Made by a program: the position numbers and the translations under genes
Notes under the pieces: model-generated
Databases searched by the model: none
Told to the model about the DNA's origin: nothing
Seen by the model: only the letters and a program-made list of their open reading frames with translations
Assembly: GCA_963785305.1 (NCBI GenBank)
Contig: CAWAUV010000008.1
Coordinates: 1,472,001-1,536,000 of the forward strand
DNA from: an uncultured Planctomycetaceae bacterium
GTDB taxonomy: Bacteria > Planctomycetota > Planctomycetia > Pirellulales > PALSA-1355
Direction of reading: 5' to 3'
DNA length: 64,000 bases
In this document: positions 1-10,193 of the stretch, piece by piece
How positions within the stretch are numbered: the first letter of the stretch is position 1
Layout of the letters: the number at the start of each line of letters is the position of its first letter

Positions 1-2550
1 GTGAGCGAGCGCTCGGCGGGAAATTCGAGCTCGCCATCGACATCGCCCGTGGGCAAGTCCGGCCGCTCGCCGGGCGGGGCCAAACGCACTCTGATCTTCG
101 GCGCCGGCGCGAGCTTCACTTTGTCGAGCGACGCCGAGCGGCGAACTTCGCGGTCGCCCAGCGTGGCCCGGCCTTCGATCCTCACCGCCCGCCAGTCGGC
201 TTCGGTGAGCGATGGCGCCCAGGGATGCGCGAAGATCACGCCGCGGGCCATGCGATGCCCCGCTTCGATCACCAGCGGCGATGACGCCACGAAGCCCGGC
301 GGCAATTCGCCGATCTCGACCTCGACCGGTCCGGAAAAATCATCGACCCGGTCCACCCGCACCGTGAGCGCTTTCCCGCCGCCGGCCGGAATCTTCAGAT
401 CGCGCTCATCGACGCCGAGCGTGAAGTCGGGCCGCGGATGGCGGAGCGTGAGCTGGTAGTCGAACTTCTCGCCGCCAAAGCCGCGCATGTCGGACACGCG
501 CGCGAGATACACGCCGTCGGCCGGCGCCGTGAATGTCAAGCGCGAGTCGAGCCCCAGCTTGCGACGGCCGTCGTCGTCGTTGTCGTAAAACAGCGAGAAG
601 ACCGGCAGGCCGTTGTACGGCAATCGCGCGCCCACGGCATGGGGCACGACCACATAGGCTTTGACCCCCAGCGCGTGCGCCCGCGGGCTGGTGTCGAAGA
701 ACGTGTGTCGTGGGCCGCTTTCGGGATAGAAGCTGGCGTCGGAATCGGGGCCTTGCCGCTGGCGAAAATGTTTGATTACCTCGCCTTCGAGATACACGAG
801 ATCATCGAGCTCGATCTCTTCCCAGTTCGCGAGCCGCATCCCGCGGTCGTTCGAGTCCTCGCCGCGAAATTCGAGTTCCGAATCGCGCACTGCGCGGAGC
901 CAAGCCCGCTCGATCGGTCGTCCGTCGGCCGAAAGCACTTCCAGGCGGCTATCGAGCAGCGAACCGGAGCGAGCGGCGTTGATTTCCAGAACCCAACGCT
1001 CGCCGGCCTTGGCCTCGAAGCGAAAGAGATCGGCGTCGCGCGGGGCCGATTCCGCCGAGCCGCCGGTGGGGCCGCTCGGGGCCGCGGGCTGAATGCGGCC
1101 GGTGGCCACGCACGGCGCCGCGAGCTTCGTGGCTTCGGCCGGAGTATCGTTCGGCTCGACTTCGGCCGCGCGCGGAAGTTGGTTATCGGCCGGCTGATCG
1201 GGATAGAAAACCGGTTTCTCGTGATCGGCCAGCGGCGCGGGCGGCGGGCCGGTATCGGCGCCGGCGCCGAGGGGATATGCGGCCAGCGTGCCATTGAGCC
1301 GGCCGACATGGAGCGTGGCGCCATCGGGCGAGATTGCGATCGCGGCGGGCCAATCGGGCTGCGGCTCCAGAACGCCCCGGAGCTCGAGCGACGCCGCGTC
1401 CCAAAGCTTGATGGTTTTGTCTTCGCTGGTCGACACGAGCAATCGGCCGTCGGGCGAATACGCGAGCTTGAGAATCGGGCCTTCGTGGGCAAAGCGCGAG
1501 ATCGCGAGCGAGTTTTCGTTTTCACGCGCCGCGGGCGTGATGTCGTAGGCGCGAATGCGATTGTCGACCCCGCCGGTCACCAGCCGACGCCCATCGGGGC
1601 TAAACGCCACGGCGTACAATTCCTTGAGCGACTGCGAGAGCGTGTCGAGCCGGGCGCCCGTGGCCAAGTCCCAGAGCTTGGCGGTGCGGTCGCCGCTCAC
1701 GCTCGCCAGCACGCGACCATCGGGCCGGATCGCGAGATCGTAGATCGCGTCGTTGTGACCCAAGAGGGTGTGAAGCTCGGCGCCGGTGGCGGTGTTCCAA
1801 AGTTTGATCTGTTGATCGTAGCCGGCCGTGGCCAGGAGCGCGCCATCGGGCGTGAGCACGGCGGCATGGAGACTATCGCGGTGGCCGCGAAATTCTCGCG
1901 CCAAGGTCCCTTCAGCCACGTTCCACAGCCGCGCTTCGCCGCAAATGCCCGGTTCGCCCGCGGCGCAGGCGAGCCACTTTCCATCGGCCGAAAATCGCGC
2001 GCTCGTCACGCGGCCAGCGCCGCGCTTTCAGCAGCCTTAGGGGCGCCGAGCGATTGCCGGCGGCAGGCAAGGCGCGGTCGAGCAGCTCGACATCGCCAAA
2101 CCGCGCGGCGGCCAGGATCGGCTCGGTCGGTGAGCAGGCTAGCGCTTCGATCGGCTCGGCGGTCGGATGCGTCACGGCGATCTTGGGCAGGACCAGGGCC
2201 GCGGAATCGGCCGCGGCGCCGGCGGCCGAGTCGAGCGCGCCGGCGTCGATCCAAGCGGCGATCGCGGCGATCTCCTCGGCCGCGGGTTTCGGCTCGTCGT
2301 CGGGCGGCATCGCCGGCTTGGCTTTGCCGGTGAGCACGCGAATGAGCAAGCTCGATTCGCTCGAGCGCGGCACGATCGCCGGGCCATGCTTGCCGCCCTG
2401 GAGCAGGCGGGCATGGGCGTCGAGCGAGAGCTGGCCTTCGCGCTCGGCGCCGGCGTGGCAAGCGCTGCAGTACTTGCGAAGGAGCGGCGCGACCGTCGTG
2501 TTGTAATCCGGCGCGTCGGCTCGGGCCGTGGCGACGCAGGCGAGCAACAT
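1..2550 (-). CDS. Planctomycete cytochrome c (PSCyt1-type) + WD40 repeat + PPC-like domain protein; runs off the window's left edge; frameshift near 2030
   Basis: N-terminal ORF 1912..2550 has a signal peptide, CxxCH (KYCSACH) and the typical LLQGGKHGPAIVP...SLLIRVL...MPP. The continuing frame, read by hand, gives WD40 repeats (GHRDSLHAAVLTPDG..., GHNDAIYDLAIRPDG...RTAKLWD) and PPC-like motifs (EVEPND, DADLFRF, DSRLTFTAPADG). Confidence 0.85.
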
Positions 2551-2640
2551 CGCCCACCATGCGGCGCCGCGCAGGTCAGCGCCGCGCCGCGATCGTCGCG
2601 AGATGCCGAACCAAAGAGCCGGGTGGGTGCGAGACGCATG

Positions 2641-5259
2641 TTAGTGATTGAACAAGAATTCCTTGCTGCTGAGCACTGCCCAATAAAGGTCTTCCATGCG
2701 CGCTCGCTTTTCTTCCTTGAGTCCCTGGCCGAGCATGGTCAGGAGCTGCGAGCGTTCGTCGTCGGTGGGCGAGCGCGAGAGCGCGGCGAGATAGAGATCG
2801 TCGATCCGCTCGGAGTCGCCGAGGTTGGCTTCCAGTTGTTTGTCGATTCGGTTGCCCTTGGCGGCGAGCTTGTGATTGATCGCATCGCCATTGCTGATGT
2901 GCAGGGCCTGGACCATCGTCGGCTGCGAGGATCGCTCGCATTCGCAGGTAATCTCGCGGGCCGGCCGGCCAAACGATTTGAAGAAATAGCTGTTCGCGTC
3001 GACATCGGCCAATTCCATGGCCCGCTTGCCGAGTGGAGCGTCCTTGAGATCGCTGTCGCCGTAGCGAACTTTGAACTGCGTGGGCACGCCGGTCACTTGC
3101 GAAAGCGCGTCGATCAAGGTCTCGGCCTTGAGTCGGCGCGGATAGTAATGCGAATAGAACCGCTCGTCGGAACGGCTTTCGGGGGCGGCTTGGCTCGACT
3201 GCTGATAGGCGCCCGATTGCAAGATGGCCCGCATCAGGGCTTTGAGGTCGTAGTGATTATCGACTAGGAATTGGGCGGTGGCGGCGAGCAATTGCTCGTT
3301 GCTGGCCGGATTCGTGAGCCGGAGATCGTCGACCTTTTCGACGAGTCCCACGCCGAAGAAGTTGGCCCAAATGCGATTGGTAATGGCTCGGGTGAAATAC
3401 GGATTCTCCGGCGCGGTGAGCCACCGGGCCATCGGAACGCGGCGATCTCGCGGATCGTCGAAGGCCAGCGGTTGGCCATCGAGCGGGCATGGCGGCTGGG
3501 GCTTGCCCTTGCTCGGCTGGATCAGCTCGCCGGTCGTGGCGGCGAACACGGTCCGCTTGCCATCGCCCGAGCGAACATCGCCGCCCCAGCCTTTGGCTTG
3601 CACGCGCGAGAAGAGATTGGCCATCGCATAGTATTGGTCGTTGGTCCATTTTTCGAGCGGATGGTTGTGGCACTTGGCGCAGTTGATGGTCATTCCCAGC
3701 ATCGAGGCGGCCACCGATTCGGAGATTTCGGTCGGGTCTTGATGGAGCGCGAAGAAGTTCGTCGCGCCGTTTTCCACCGTGCTACCCGAGGCCGTGAGCA
3801 GTTCGAAAGCGAACTTGTCCCACGGCAGGTTCCGAGCCACGCGGTCGCGAATCCATTGGTAATAGGCTTCGAGCGCCGCCGGTCGCAGCCGCTGGCCCGA
3901 GGCCAACAGCAAATCGCACCAGCGATAGCTCCAGTAGTCGACGAACTCGGTTCGGCCGAGCAACTGCTCGATGAGGCGATCGCGTTTGTCGGGCGCCGAA
4001 TCGGCTAAAAAGGCGCGGGTTTCCTCGACCGAGGGCAACATGCCGACGGTATCAATAAACGCGCGGCGGATAAATTCGCCGTCGTTGGCCGGCGCGGCGG
4101 GCGGCAGGTTCAAGCTTTCGAGTTTCGCGAGCACCAAGGTATCGATGAAGTTTTTCCGCGGAGCCGCGGCGAATCGCTCCGGTCGGGCCGCGCCGGGATA
4201 GGGCACGCTGAAGGAAGCGATGGCATTGAGGCTTTGATACCACGCGCTCACGGCCGCCTCGCCCCCGCCGACCACGGCGACCAAGCCTTGAGCGTCGACC
4301 GTGACGGCCGATTCATTGGTCGAACTGTATTTCGCCCACCGAGTCACATCTTCCATGTGCCCATCGGAAAATCGCGCGACCACGACCAGCGGTTGCGCCG
4401 CGCCGGGCGAGAGCCGCGAGTGGTCGGGCAGCACTTCCAGACGCGTGATCCTTGGGTCCGAGTCTTGTGGCGCCGGCGCTCCGGCGGCAAGCCACCGCGA
4501 GATGACTCGAAACTCGGGCGAGTTCGGCTCGAAGCGCACTCCACCCTTGTGCGGCGCGGCGCCGGTCGGCTTGGTGAGAAACAGGCTCCGGGCCGGCTCG
4601 GCGAGCGTCACCCGCCGCGCGCCGGCTTGCCGAGTGATCGCGGAATAATCGGCCTCGGCATCGAAACCGCGCAGACTGAGCTTGAAGCCGTGTTTGCCGG
4701 CGAAGGCGCCGTGGCAGGCGCCCGAATTGCATCCGCTCTTCGAAAGCACGGACTCGACATGGTTGCGAAAGCTCCAGACAAACGGCTGGCCCATGCCGGC
4801 GACCGTGACGTGGGCGGCGACCGCGCGGCCATCGACCACGGCCATGATCTCGGCGTCGCCATTGGCCACTGGCGCCGCGACGCCCGCTTCGACGCGCACA
4901 ATGCCCGGCTCGCTTGAGCCGAGCAAGGCGCCTTCCTCGACCGGGCCCAGATAGCCGCCGGAGCCCTTGCGCATCAGCAACAACCGCTGGCGCGCCTCGG
5001 GGCCGGTGAGTGAGAAGCTTCGCGGCAGCAGCGAGATTCCGGTCGACTCTTCGCGGCGCTCGGGCGGCGAGGGAGCATTGCCCGGGGCCGCGGCAGCTTC
5101 GACGCTGGCGGTTCCAGCGGCGGGAATGTCCGCCGCGCTGGCGATGACGCACTGCCCGGCGACGCCGATGCCAAGAGCGCCAGCGCGCAACGCGACCGCG
5201 AGTCGCGCGAAGCGACCGGCGTCGTCGTTCGGCCTGCTCGTTGCTTCAAAACAGTTCAT
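2641..5259 (-). CDS. DUF1549/DUF1553 (PSCyt2/PSD1) protein with Ig-like (Big_2) domains
   Basis: Motifs SFRNHVESVLSKSGCNSGACHG, NFIDTLV, EFIRRAFID, CAKCHNHP, NRIWANFFGVGLV, ITCECER and C-terminal EFLFNH. Likely start is the ATG at 5259 overlapping the DUF1501 end. Confidence 0.9.
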   Translation of the reverse strand: MNCFEATSRPNDDAGRFARLAVALRAGALGIGVAGQCVIASAADIPAAGTASVEAAAAPGNAPSPPERREESTGISLLPRSFSLTGPEARQRLLLMRKGSGGYLGPVEEGALLGSSEPGIVRVEAGVAAPVANGDAEIMAVVDGRAVAAHVTVAGMGQPFVWSFRNHVESVLSKSGCNSGACHGAFAGKHGFKLSLRGFDAEADYSAITRQAGARRVTLAEPARSLFLTKPTGAAPHKGGVRFEPNSPEFRVISRWLAAGAPAPQDSDPRITRLEVLPDHSRLSPGAAQPLVVVARFSDGHMEDVTRWAKYSSTNESAVTVDAQGLVAVVGGGEAAVSAWYQSLNAIASFSVPYPGAARPERFAAAPRKNFIDTLVLAKLESLNLPPAAPANDGEFIRRAFIDTVGMLPSVEETRAFLADSAPDKRDRLIEQLLGRTEFVDYWSYRWCDLLLASGQRLRPAALEAYYQWIRDRVARNLPWDKFAFELLTASGSTVENGATNFFALHQDPTEISESVAASMLGMTINCAKCHNHPLEKWTNDQYYAMANLFSRVQAKGWGGDVRSGDGKRTVFAATTGELIQPSKGKPQPPCPLDGQPLAFDDPRDRRVPMARWLTAPENPYFTRAITNRIWANFFGVGLVEKVDDLRLTNPASNEQLLAATAQFLVDNHYDLKALMRAILQSGAYQQSSQAAPESRSDERFYSHYYPRRLKAETLIDALSQVTGVPTQFKVRYGDSDLKDAPLGKRAMELADVDANSYFFKSFGRPAREITCECERSSQPTMVQALHISNGDAINHKLAAKGNRIDKQLEANLGDSERIDDLYLAALSRSPTDDERSQLLTMLGQGLKEEKRARMEDLYWAVLSSKEFLFNH

Positions 5260-6623
5260 GAATCTCACGTTTGCCGTAGTCGACCAGCGGGAAGGGACGT
5301 CCGCCGGGGCCGGGAATCTTCGTTTCCAAGGGCAGGCCGAGACTGTGGAACACGGTGGCGGCCACTTCGGCCGGCTCGACCGGTCGCTCGGCCGGGGCGC
5401 CGCCGATCGCGTCGCTACGGCCCACGACCCGGCCGCCCTGCACTCCGCCGCCGGCGAAATAGATTGTCCAACACTGCGGCCAATGATCGCGTCCGCCGGC
5501 GGGGTTGATTCGCGGCGTGCGGCCGAATTCGCCCAGGTTGCAGACCAGCGTGTCGTCGAGCATGCCGCGCTCATGCAGGTCTTCGATCAGAGGCGCTGTA
5601 TGCCTGATCGTACATCGGCACGACGATATTCTTCATGCCGTCGATCGAGGTGAACGGCTTCGAGCCGTGGATATCCCAAGTGATTTCATTGAACACGGTG
5701 AGGAAGGTGTTCACGGTGACGAAACGCACGCCCGCCTCGATCAGCCGCCGCGCGAGCAGGCAGCATTGGCCAAAGCGATTGAGGCCATAGCGCTCGCGCA
5801 CGGCGACCGGTTCCTTGCTCAAGTCAAACGCGGCCCGGGCCTGGGGGCTTGTCATCAGGCGGAAGGCGGCGGCGAAGTTCGCATCGAGCAGCTTCGCGTT
5901 TTCGCTGGCTTCGAAGTCTTTGACCGTGTCGTCGACGATGGCCCGCAGGCGGCGGCGGCGCTCGAGCCGCGCTTCGCCGATCTCGGGCGGCGGCAAGAGG
6001 TCGGGCACCTTGAAGTTCGGCTTCGAGGGATCGGTCATCAGGGCAAACGGATCGTAGCCCTTGCCGAGAAATCCGGCGTCTTGGCCGTGCGACAGGCCGC
6101 CGCCGGTGTTGCCCATTGGCTCGGGCAGCAGCACATGGGCGGGCAGGTCGCTCCGCCGGCCGCGCAGGTATTCGACCACGCAGCCGGCATGCGGCGTGAC
6201 GACGCCGCCGCCGAAGAGCCGGCCGGTTTGCATCATCTGGTGGCCGGTGTCGTGAACGCCCGCCGCGGTGTGGAAGCAACTTCGCACGAGCGAAAACTTA
6301 TCGGCCAGCTTCGCGTGTCGCGGCAGGATTTCGGAAATCTGGATGTCGGGCGCGCTGGTCGAGATCGGTTTGTAGGGACCGCGAATTTCGGCCGGCGCGT
6401 CGGGCTTCATGTCGAAGAGATCGAGCTGGCTGGGCGCGCCGAGATTGAAGATCATGATCACCGAGCGGCGATCCTTTTCGCGATCCACCTCGCCGCGCGC
6501 CTTGGCGGCCATGAGCATCGGCAGCGAAAGGCCGACCGCGCCGAGGGCGCCGACTTGCAAAAAATCGCGCCGCGAGATTCCGTCGCAGGTATGAGCCACG
6601 CCGCGGCCAATAAGATTCAGCAT
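5246..6623 (-). CDS. DUF1501 protein, Tat-like signal; frameshift near 5590
   Basis: SRRDFLQVG twin-arginine motif, GAPSQLDLFDMKP, FGQCCLLARRLIEAGVRFV, WDIH; after the shift GEFGRTPRIN..GRDHWP. Confidence 0.92.
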
Positions 6624-6790
6624 CGCGGAAAACCTCCCGGTCGGGTGCGAGTCCAGGAAAGCGGCGAGACCGAGCCCCGCGAGGTTGCGAGGCCAAGGTG
6701 GGAGCGCGGCGGAACTAGATCAGTTTAGCAGTCGCCAAGGCCGTTTGGTATATGCGCCAAGGAACGGATCAAAAAAAGTCCGCGGCTAAA

Positions 6791-6886
6791 ACGCCCGCTT
6801 CCTGCTATCCGCGAAAAAGACCGGCTCTTCGTCGAAGGTCGTGATATCCGTAGAAGGAAGAGACACTTTGCGAGAGGACGTTTCTT
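6791..6886 (+). repeat. Left copy of a degenerate direct repeat (partner at 10085-10160)
   Basis: ACGCCC..TCCGCGAAAAAGACCGGCTCTTCGTCGAA[~19 nt extra]GAAGAGACACTTTGCGAGAGGACGTTTCTT aligns with the right copy. Confidence 0.75.
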
Positions 6887-7317
6887 CCGTTCTCAGAATA
6901 GCGACATCTAAAATAGCGGAATGTGCGCACCGGTTGCGGGCTTCAATTTTTCGAGGAAAATGAACCGATGAAAACAGCGCACGCTCGATCCCATTGACGG
7001 CCCACGAACGAAGCACGCGTTCGCGCTGATCGCGGCGCCGGAACCGGATCGTCCCGCGAGCGGACGTGCGCAAGACTTTGTCCAAGGCCACGCAAGAAAC
7101 ACGGGTCGGCGCCAGGCATGGGAGCACGCGCGCTTTTGCCGAAGAAGTCGGCGCAAGCCCCGCGAGCGTGCCGCGTGTTTGGCCGGCCAATAAGCTCACG
7201 CCGTAGCCGCGGCGCAAAGCGCCGCACAGCAAGGACCGCCCGAGTGTCCCCGAAATCAAGGGCTTGGCCCGCGCCATCCAAGACTTCGGACCCATCCCAT
7301 TTAGAAACGAAAGAGCC

Positions 7318-8505
7318 ATGAGATACCGCCCGATGATCAGCCTTTCGACGGCCGCGTTTCTTGCGATTTCTTGCCTCGCCGGAACCTTACTTTGCGGATG
7401 CGGACATTCGAGCACCGCCGCTCCCATGACTGCAACGGCCGAGGAACCCATCGTGACGTTAACTCCTCGCTGCGCATCAGAACTACGCCGGCTTATACAA
7501 CAGGATTCCCGGCGGCGTTATGTCCTGATTAACGTCAAAGCGGCGAACAACTGCAAGGAATTTCTGTACGAGATGGGATTCGCTGAATCGATCAATGACG
7601 GTGCTTCAGTTCTCGTAATGTCGAACGGATTAACTGTGGTTTTAGATAACGCTGTCGTTCCGTTTTTTAAAGGATCGAGTATCGACTACTTGAAAGATCA
7701 AGGCGGTTTCAAGTTCTCCAATCCCCATGAAGACGTTTCATTACTCCCGGAGTATCGAGCGAAGCGGGACGCGGAAGCACGGATCCGAACAAAAGAAAAA
7801 TTGCAAGCGGAGCGGGTTGATCCAGTGAAATCAGCTGCCGCGTTATTGACCCCACGGCGGCAGCATGCGTTCGATGAACTGCTGGTTTGGTGGAAGTTCA
7901 ATCAGCCCGAGGCCTTAAGTTCGCTGAAAGCTACAGTTGGCCGAGTCGATCAGTTTCAGGCGGCAGATGGTGAAGCCCTCACCGTTGTTTTCACCGGCGA
8001 GCCCGAGAAACAAAATGGCGGCCTTTATTTAATCAATGCCAAAGGCCGCCAGATTCCGATTTATCAGGGGCACAACTTGATCCGAGATAACCATCAGTTC
8101 GTGGACGTCAACGGAGATGGTATTCCGGAGATCGTTTGTGACGCGTCAATCGGCGCTTCGGGCGTCGATCCTCGGAAAATCGTTACCCAGGCCTCGTGCC
8201 TCTATATTATCCCCATTTCCTCAAAACAGGTTCCTCTTCTGCGCGTCGTATTCGACGCCCGGCATTTCGGCGCCGATCCGACGTGGCGATGGAAACTCGA
8301 GAAAAACGCGGCGGGATCGCTTGATGCCGTTATCGAACGGCAGGCGACGAATGAGTGGATTGATGTCGCTAGATTTGTTTGGTCGGCTGCCAAGTTAAGG
8401 TATGAAGGTCCCGTCGGATCGATAAAGGATGGATTCATCGCAAGTCCCGGACACATTGACGCAAAGACAATCGAACGCTTTATGAAACAAGCCGCATCGG
8501 AGTAA
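7318..8505 (+). CDS. Putative lipoprotein with N-terminal HesB/IscA-like domain and an unknown C-terminal domain
   Basis: Uninterrupted ORF in AT-richer DNA. Lipobox-like LLCGC; IscA-like segment VTLTP...GLTVVLD...FFKGSSIDY...GFKFSNP; Ca-binding-like DVNGDGIPEIV further on. Confidence 0.7.
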   Translation: MRYRPMISLSTAAFLAISCLAGTLLCGCGHSSTAAPMTATAEEPIVTLTPRCASELRRLIQQDSRRRYVLINVKAANNCKEFLYEMGFAESINDGASVLVMSNGLTVVLDNAVVPFFKGSSIDYLKDQGGFKFSNPHEDVSLLPEYRAKRDAEARIRTKEKLQAERVDPVKSAAALLTPRRQHAFDELLVWWKFNQPEALSSLKATVGRVDQFQAADGEALTVVFTGEPEKQNGGLYLINAKGRQIPIYQGHNLIRDNHQFVDVNGDGIPEIVCDASIGASGVDPRKIVTQASCLYIIPISSKQVPLLRVVFDARHFGADPTWRWKLEKNAAGSLDAVIERQATNEWIDVARFVWSAAKLRYEGPVGSIKDGFIASPGHIDAKTIERFMKQAASE

Positions 8506-8676
8506 GTCGCGGGAGTCGTCAGGGCGCCGAAAAACATTGTCATCGTCGAGTTCGCGTTTTTTTGCAGATACGCGTGAGGTGGATCCCGTTTTTCGGACCA
8601 CGGGGATAGATGGAAAGCGGGCGGCGGATCGGGGAGAAAGGAGGCCTCGTGGAGGGAACCATTTAGGAGAGCAACG

Positions 8677-8970
8677 ATGCCTCGGAAGCGACGATTGTTC
8701 GATGGGTCTTTCAAGGCCAAGGTTGCCTTGGATGCGATGCGTGGCCTGAAGACGGTGAGTGAGCTGGCGGCGTTGCACAAGGTGCATCCGACGCAGATCG
8801 CGCTCTGGAAGAAGCAGCTCCAGGAGGGAGCGGCGGGCGTGTTCGAGTCGCCCTCGGCGAAGAAGGCGCCGACGGACGAGCCGAGCGCAGCGGAGCTTTA
8901 CGAGCAGATCGGTCGGCTGAAGATCGAACTGGATTGGCTCAAAAAAAAAGTGGCCGAGAACGGTGGCTGA
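8677..8970 (+). CDS. IS3 transposase OrfA (HTH)
   Basis: FKAKVALDA...TVSELA...VHPTQI..WKKQL...LYEQIGRLKIELDWLKKK. Confidence 0.93.
   Translation: MPRKRRLFDGSFKAKVALDAMRGLKTVSELAALHKVHPTQIALWKKQLQEGAAGVFESPSAKKAPTDEPSAAELYEQIGRLKIELDWLKKKVAENGG
8941..8950 (+). promoter_or_regulatory. -1 programmed ribosomal frameshift site (A9G) joining OrfA and OrfB
   Basis: AAAAAAAAAG at the 3' end of orfA with orfB in the -1 frame, the canonical IS3 arrangement. Confidence 0.85.
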
Positions 8971-9802
8971 GCGGCGAAGCTGGATCGAGCCCGACGCCGG
9001 CGGCTTGAGCGTGCGTCGGCAGTGCGAGCTGTTGGGACTTCATCGGTCGAACCTCTATTACGAGCCCGTACCCGAGAGCGCCGACGAGCTACGGTTGATG
9101 CGTCTGATCGATGAAGAATATTTGCGGCATCCGCATCTGGGAAGCCGGGGCATGGTGCTGCATCTGGCGCGACAAGACGAGGTGGTGAATCGCAAGAAAA
9201 TGCAGCGATTGCTGCGGAAAATGGGCCTGCAGTCGCTGGCCCCGCGGCCGAACACGACCCGGCGGGCCGCTGGCCACAAGGTCTATCCGTATTTGTTGCG
9301 AGGCGTGGAGATCGTGCGTCCGAACCAGGTCTGGGCCTGCGACATCACCTATGTGCCGATGCGGCGTGGCTACTTGTACCTGACGGCCGTGATGGATTGG
9401 TTCAGCCGCTATGTGCTGGCCTGGCAGTTGTCGAACAGCATGGATGTCGAGTTCTGTCTGGAAGCGTTGGAAGGAGCGCTCCGTCATGGACGGCCGGAGA
9501 TATTCAACACCGACCAGGGCTCGCAGTTCACCAGCGGACAATTTACCGAGCGGCTGCAGCGGGAGTCGATCGCCATCAGCATGGACGGCAAAGGCCGAGC
9601 CATCGACAACGTGATGATCGAGCGGCTATGGCGAACGGTGAAATACGAGAACATCTACCTCAAGGAGTACACGACGGGAACCGATTGTCATGAAGGACTG
9701 AGCGCGTACTTTAACTATTACTGCCACGAGCGACCTCACCAGGGCCTGGCCAACCGCACGCCCTGGGAAACCTACCGCGGCAATCGTCGAACGCCTCGCT
9801 GA
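8963..9802 (+). CDS. IS3 transposase OrfB (rve/DDE integrase core)
   Basis: WACDITY, FNTDQGSQFTS, DNVMIERLWRTVKYE (DDE triad). Confidence 0.95.
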   Translation: MAERRSWIEPDAGGLSVRRQCELLGLHRSNLYYEPVPESADELRLMRLIDEEYLRHPHLGSRGMVLHLARQDEVVNRKKMQRLLRKMGLQSLAPRPNTTRRAAGHKVYPYLLRGVEIVRPNQVWACDITYVPMRRGYLYLTAVMDWFSRYVLAWQLSNSMDVEFCLEALEGALRHGRPEIFNTDQGSQFTSGQFTERLQRESIAISMDGKGRAIDNVMIERLWRTVKYENIYLKEYTTGTDCHEGLSAYFNYYCHERPHQGLANRTPWETYRGNRRTPR

Positions 9803-10084
9803 CCACCATCTAAGAAACCCGCCCCCGTGGTCCGAAAAACGGGGTCCACCTCACGCGCTCGTTGAACCCAACTAATCGAGGGTAGTTTGTAGTTTGTCGT
9901 GAACTCGCTGTCTAACAACCCGAAGCTGCCAAGCGCGCTCGGTTTGCAGCAAGATTCAGTGTCGCCATCTCGGCGGATATCCGAAGCCTGGAGGCTCCAA
10001 CCCGGCTCATCCGGCGTTCGAGCCGCTGATCGAGCATCATGCATTTCCGACGCGCTTGTTCGGTCGCGCTTTCAGCCTGGCGAT

Positions 10085-10160
10085 ACGCCCTCTCCCCTCA
10101 CTCCGCGAAAAGACCGGTTCTCCGTCGAACGAAGAGGCGCTTTGCGAAAGGACGTTTCTT
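10085..10160 (+). repeat. Right copy of the degenerate direct repeat
   Basis: ACGCCC..TCCGCGAAAAGACCGGTTCTCCGTCGAACGAAGAGGCGCTTTGCGAAAGGACGTTTCTT; imperfect internal palindrome. Confidence 0.75.
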
Positions 10161-10193
10161 GCGAGCCCATTTCGAGGGCGATCAGCCAGTCGC

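Larger units (their letters stand above)
8575..9853 (+). mobile_element. Intact IS3-family insertion sequence (1279 bp)
   Basis: 31-bp terminal inverted repeats with 30/31 match (TGAGGTGGA[T/C]CCCGTTTTTCGGACCACGGGG), 5'-TG...CA-3' ends, CGCG target duplication at 8571-8574 and 9854-9857, orfA/orfB layout. Confidence 0.97.

Noticed and set aside
6786..7451. 221-aa minus-strand ORF upstream of DUF1501
   Set aside because: No recognisable motifs; it overlaps the better-supported + strand gene and the repeat.
9905..10030. Integron attC site (GTCTAAC matches RYYYAAC)
   Set aside because: No matching GTTRRRY end or convincing hairpin, and no integron integrase in the window.
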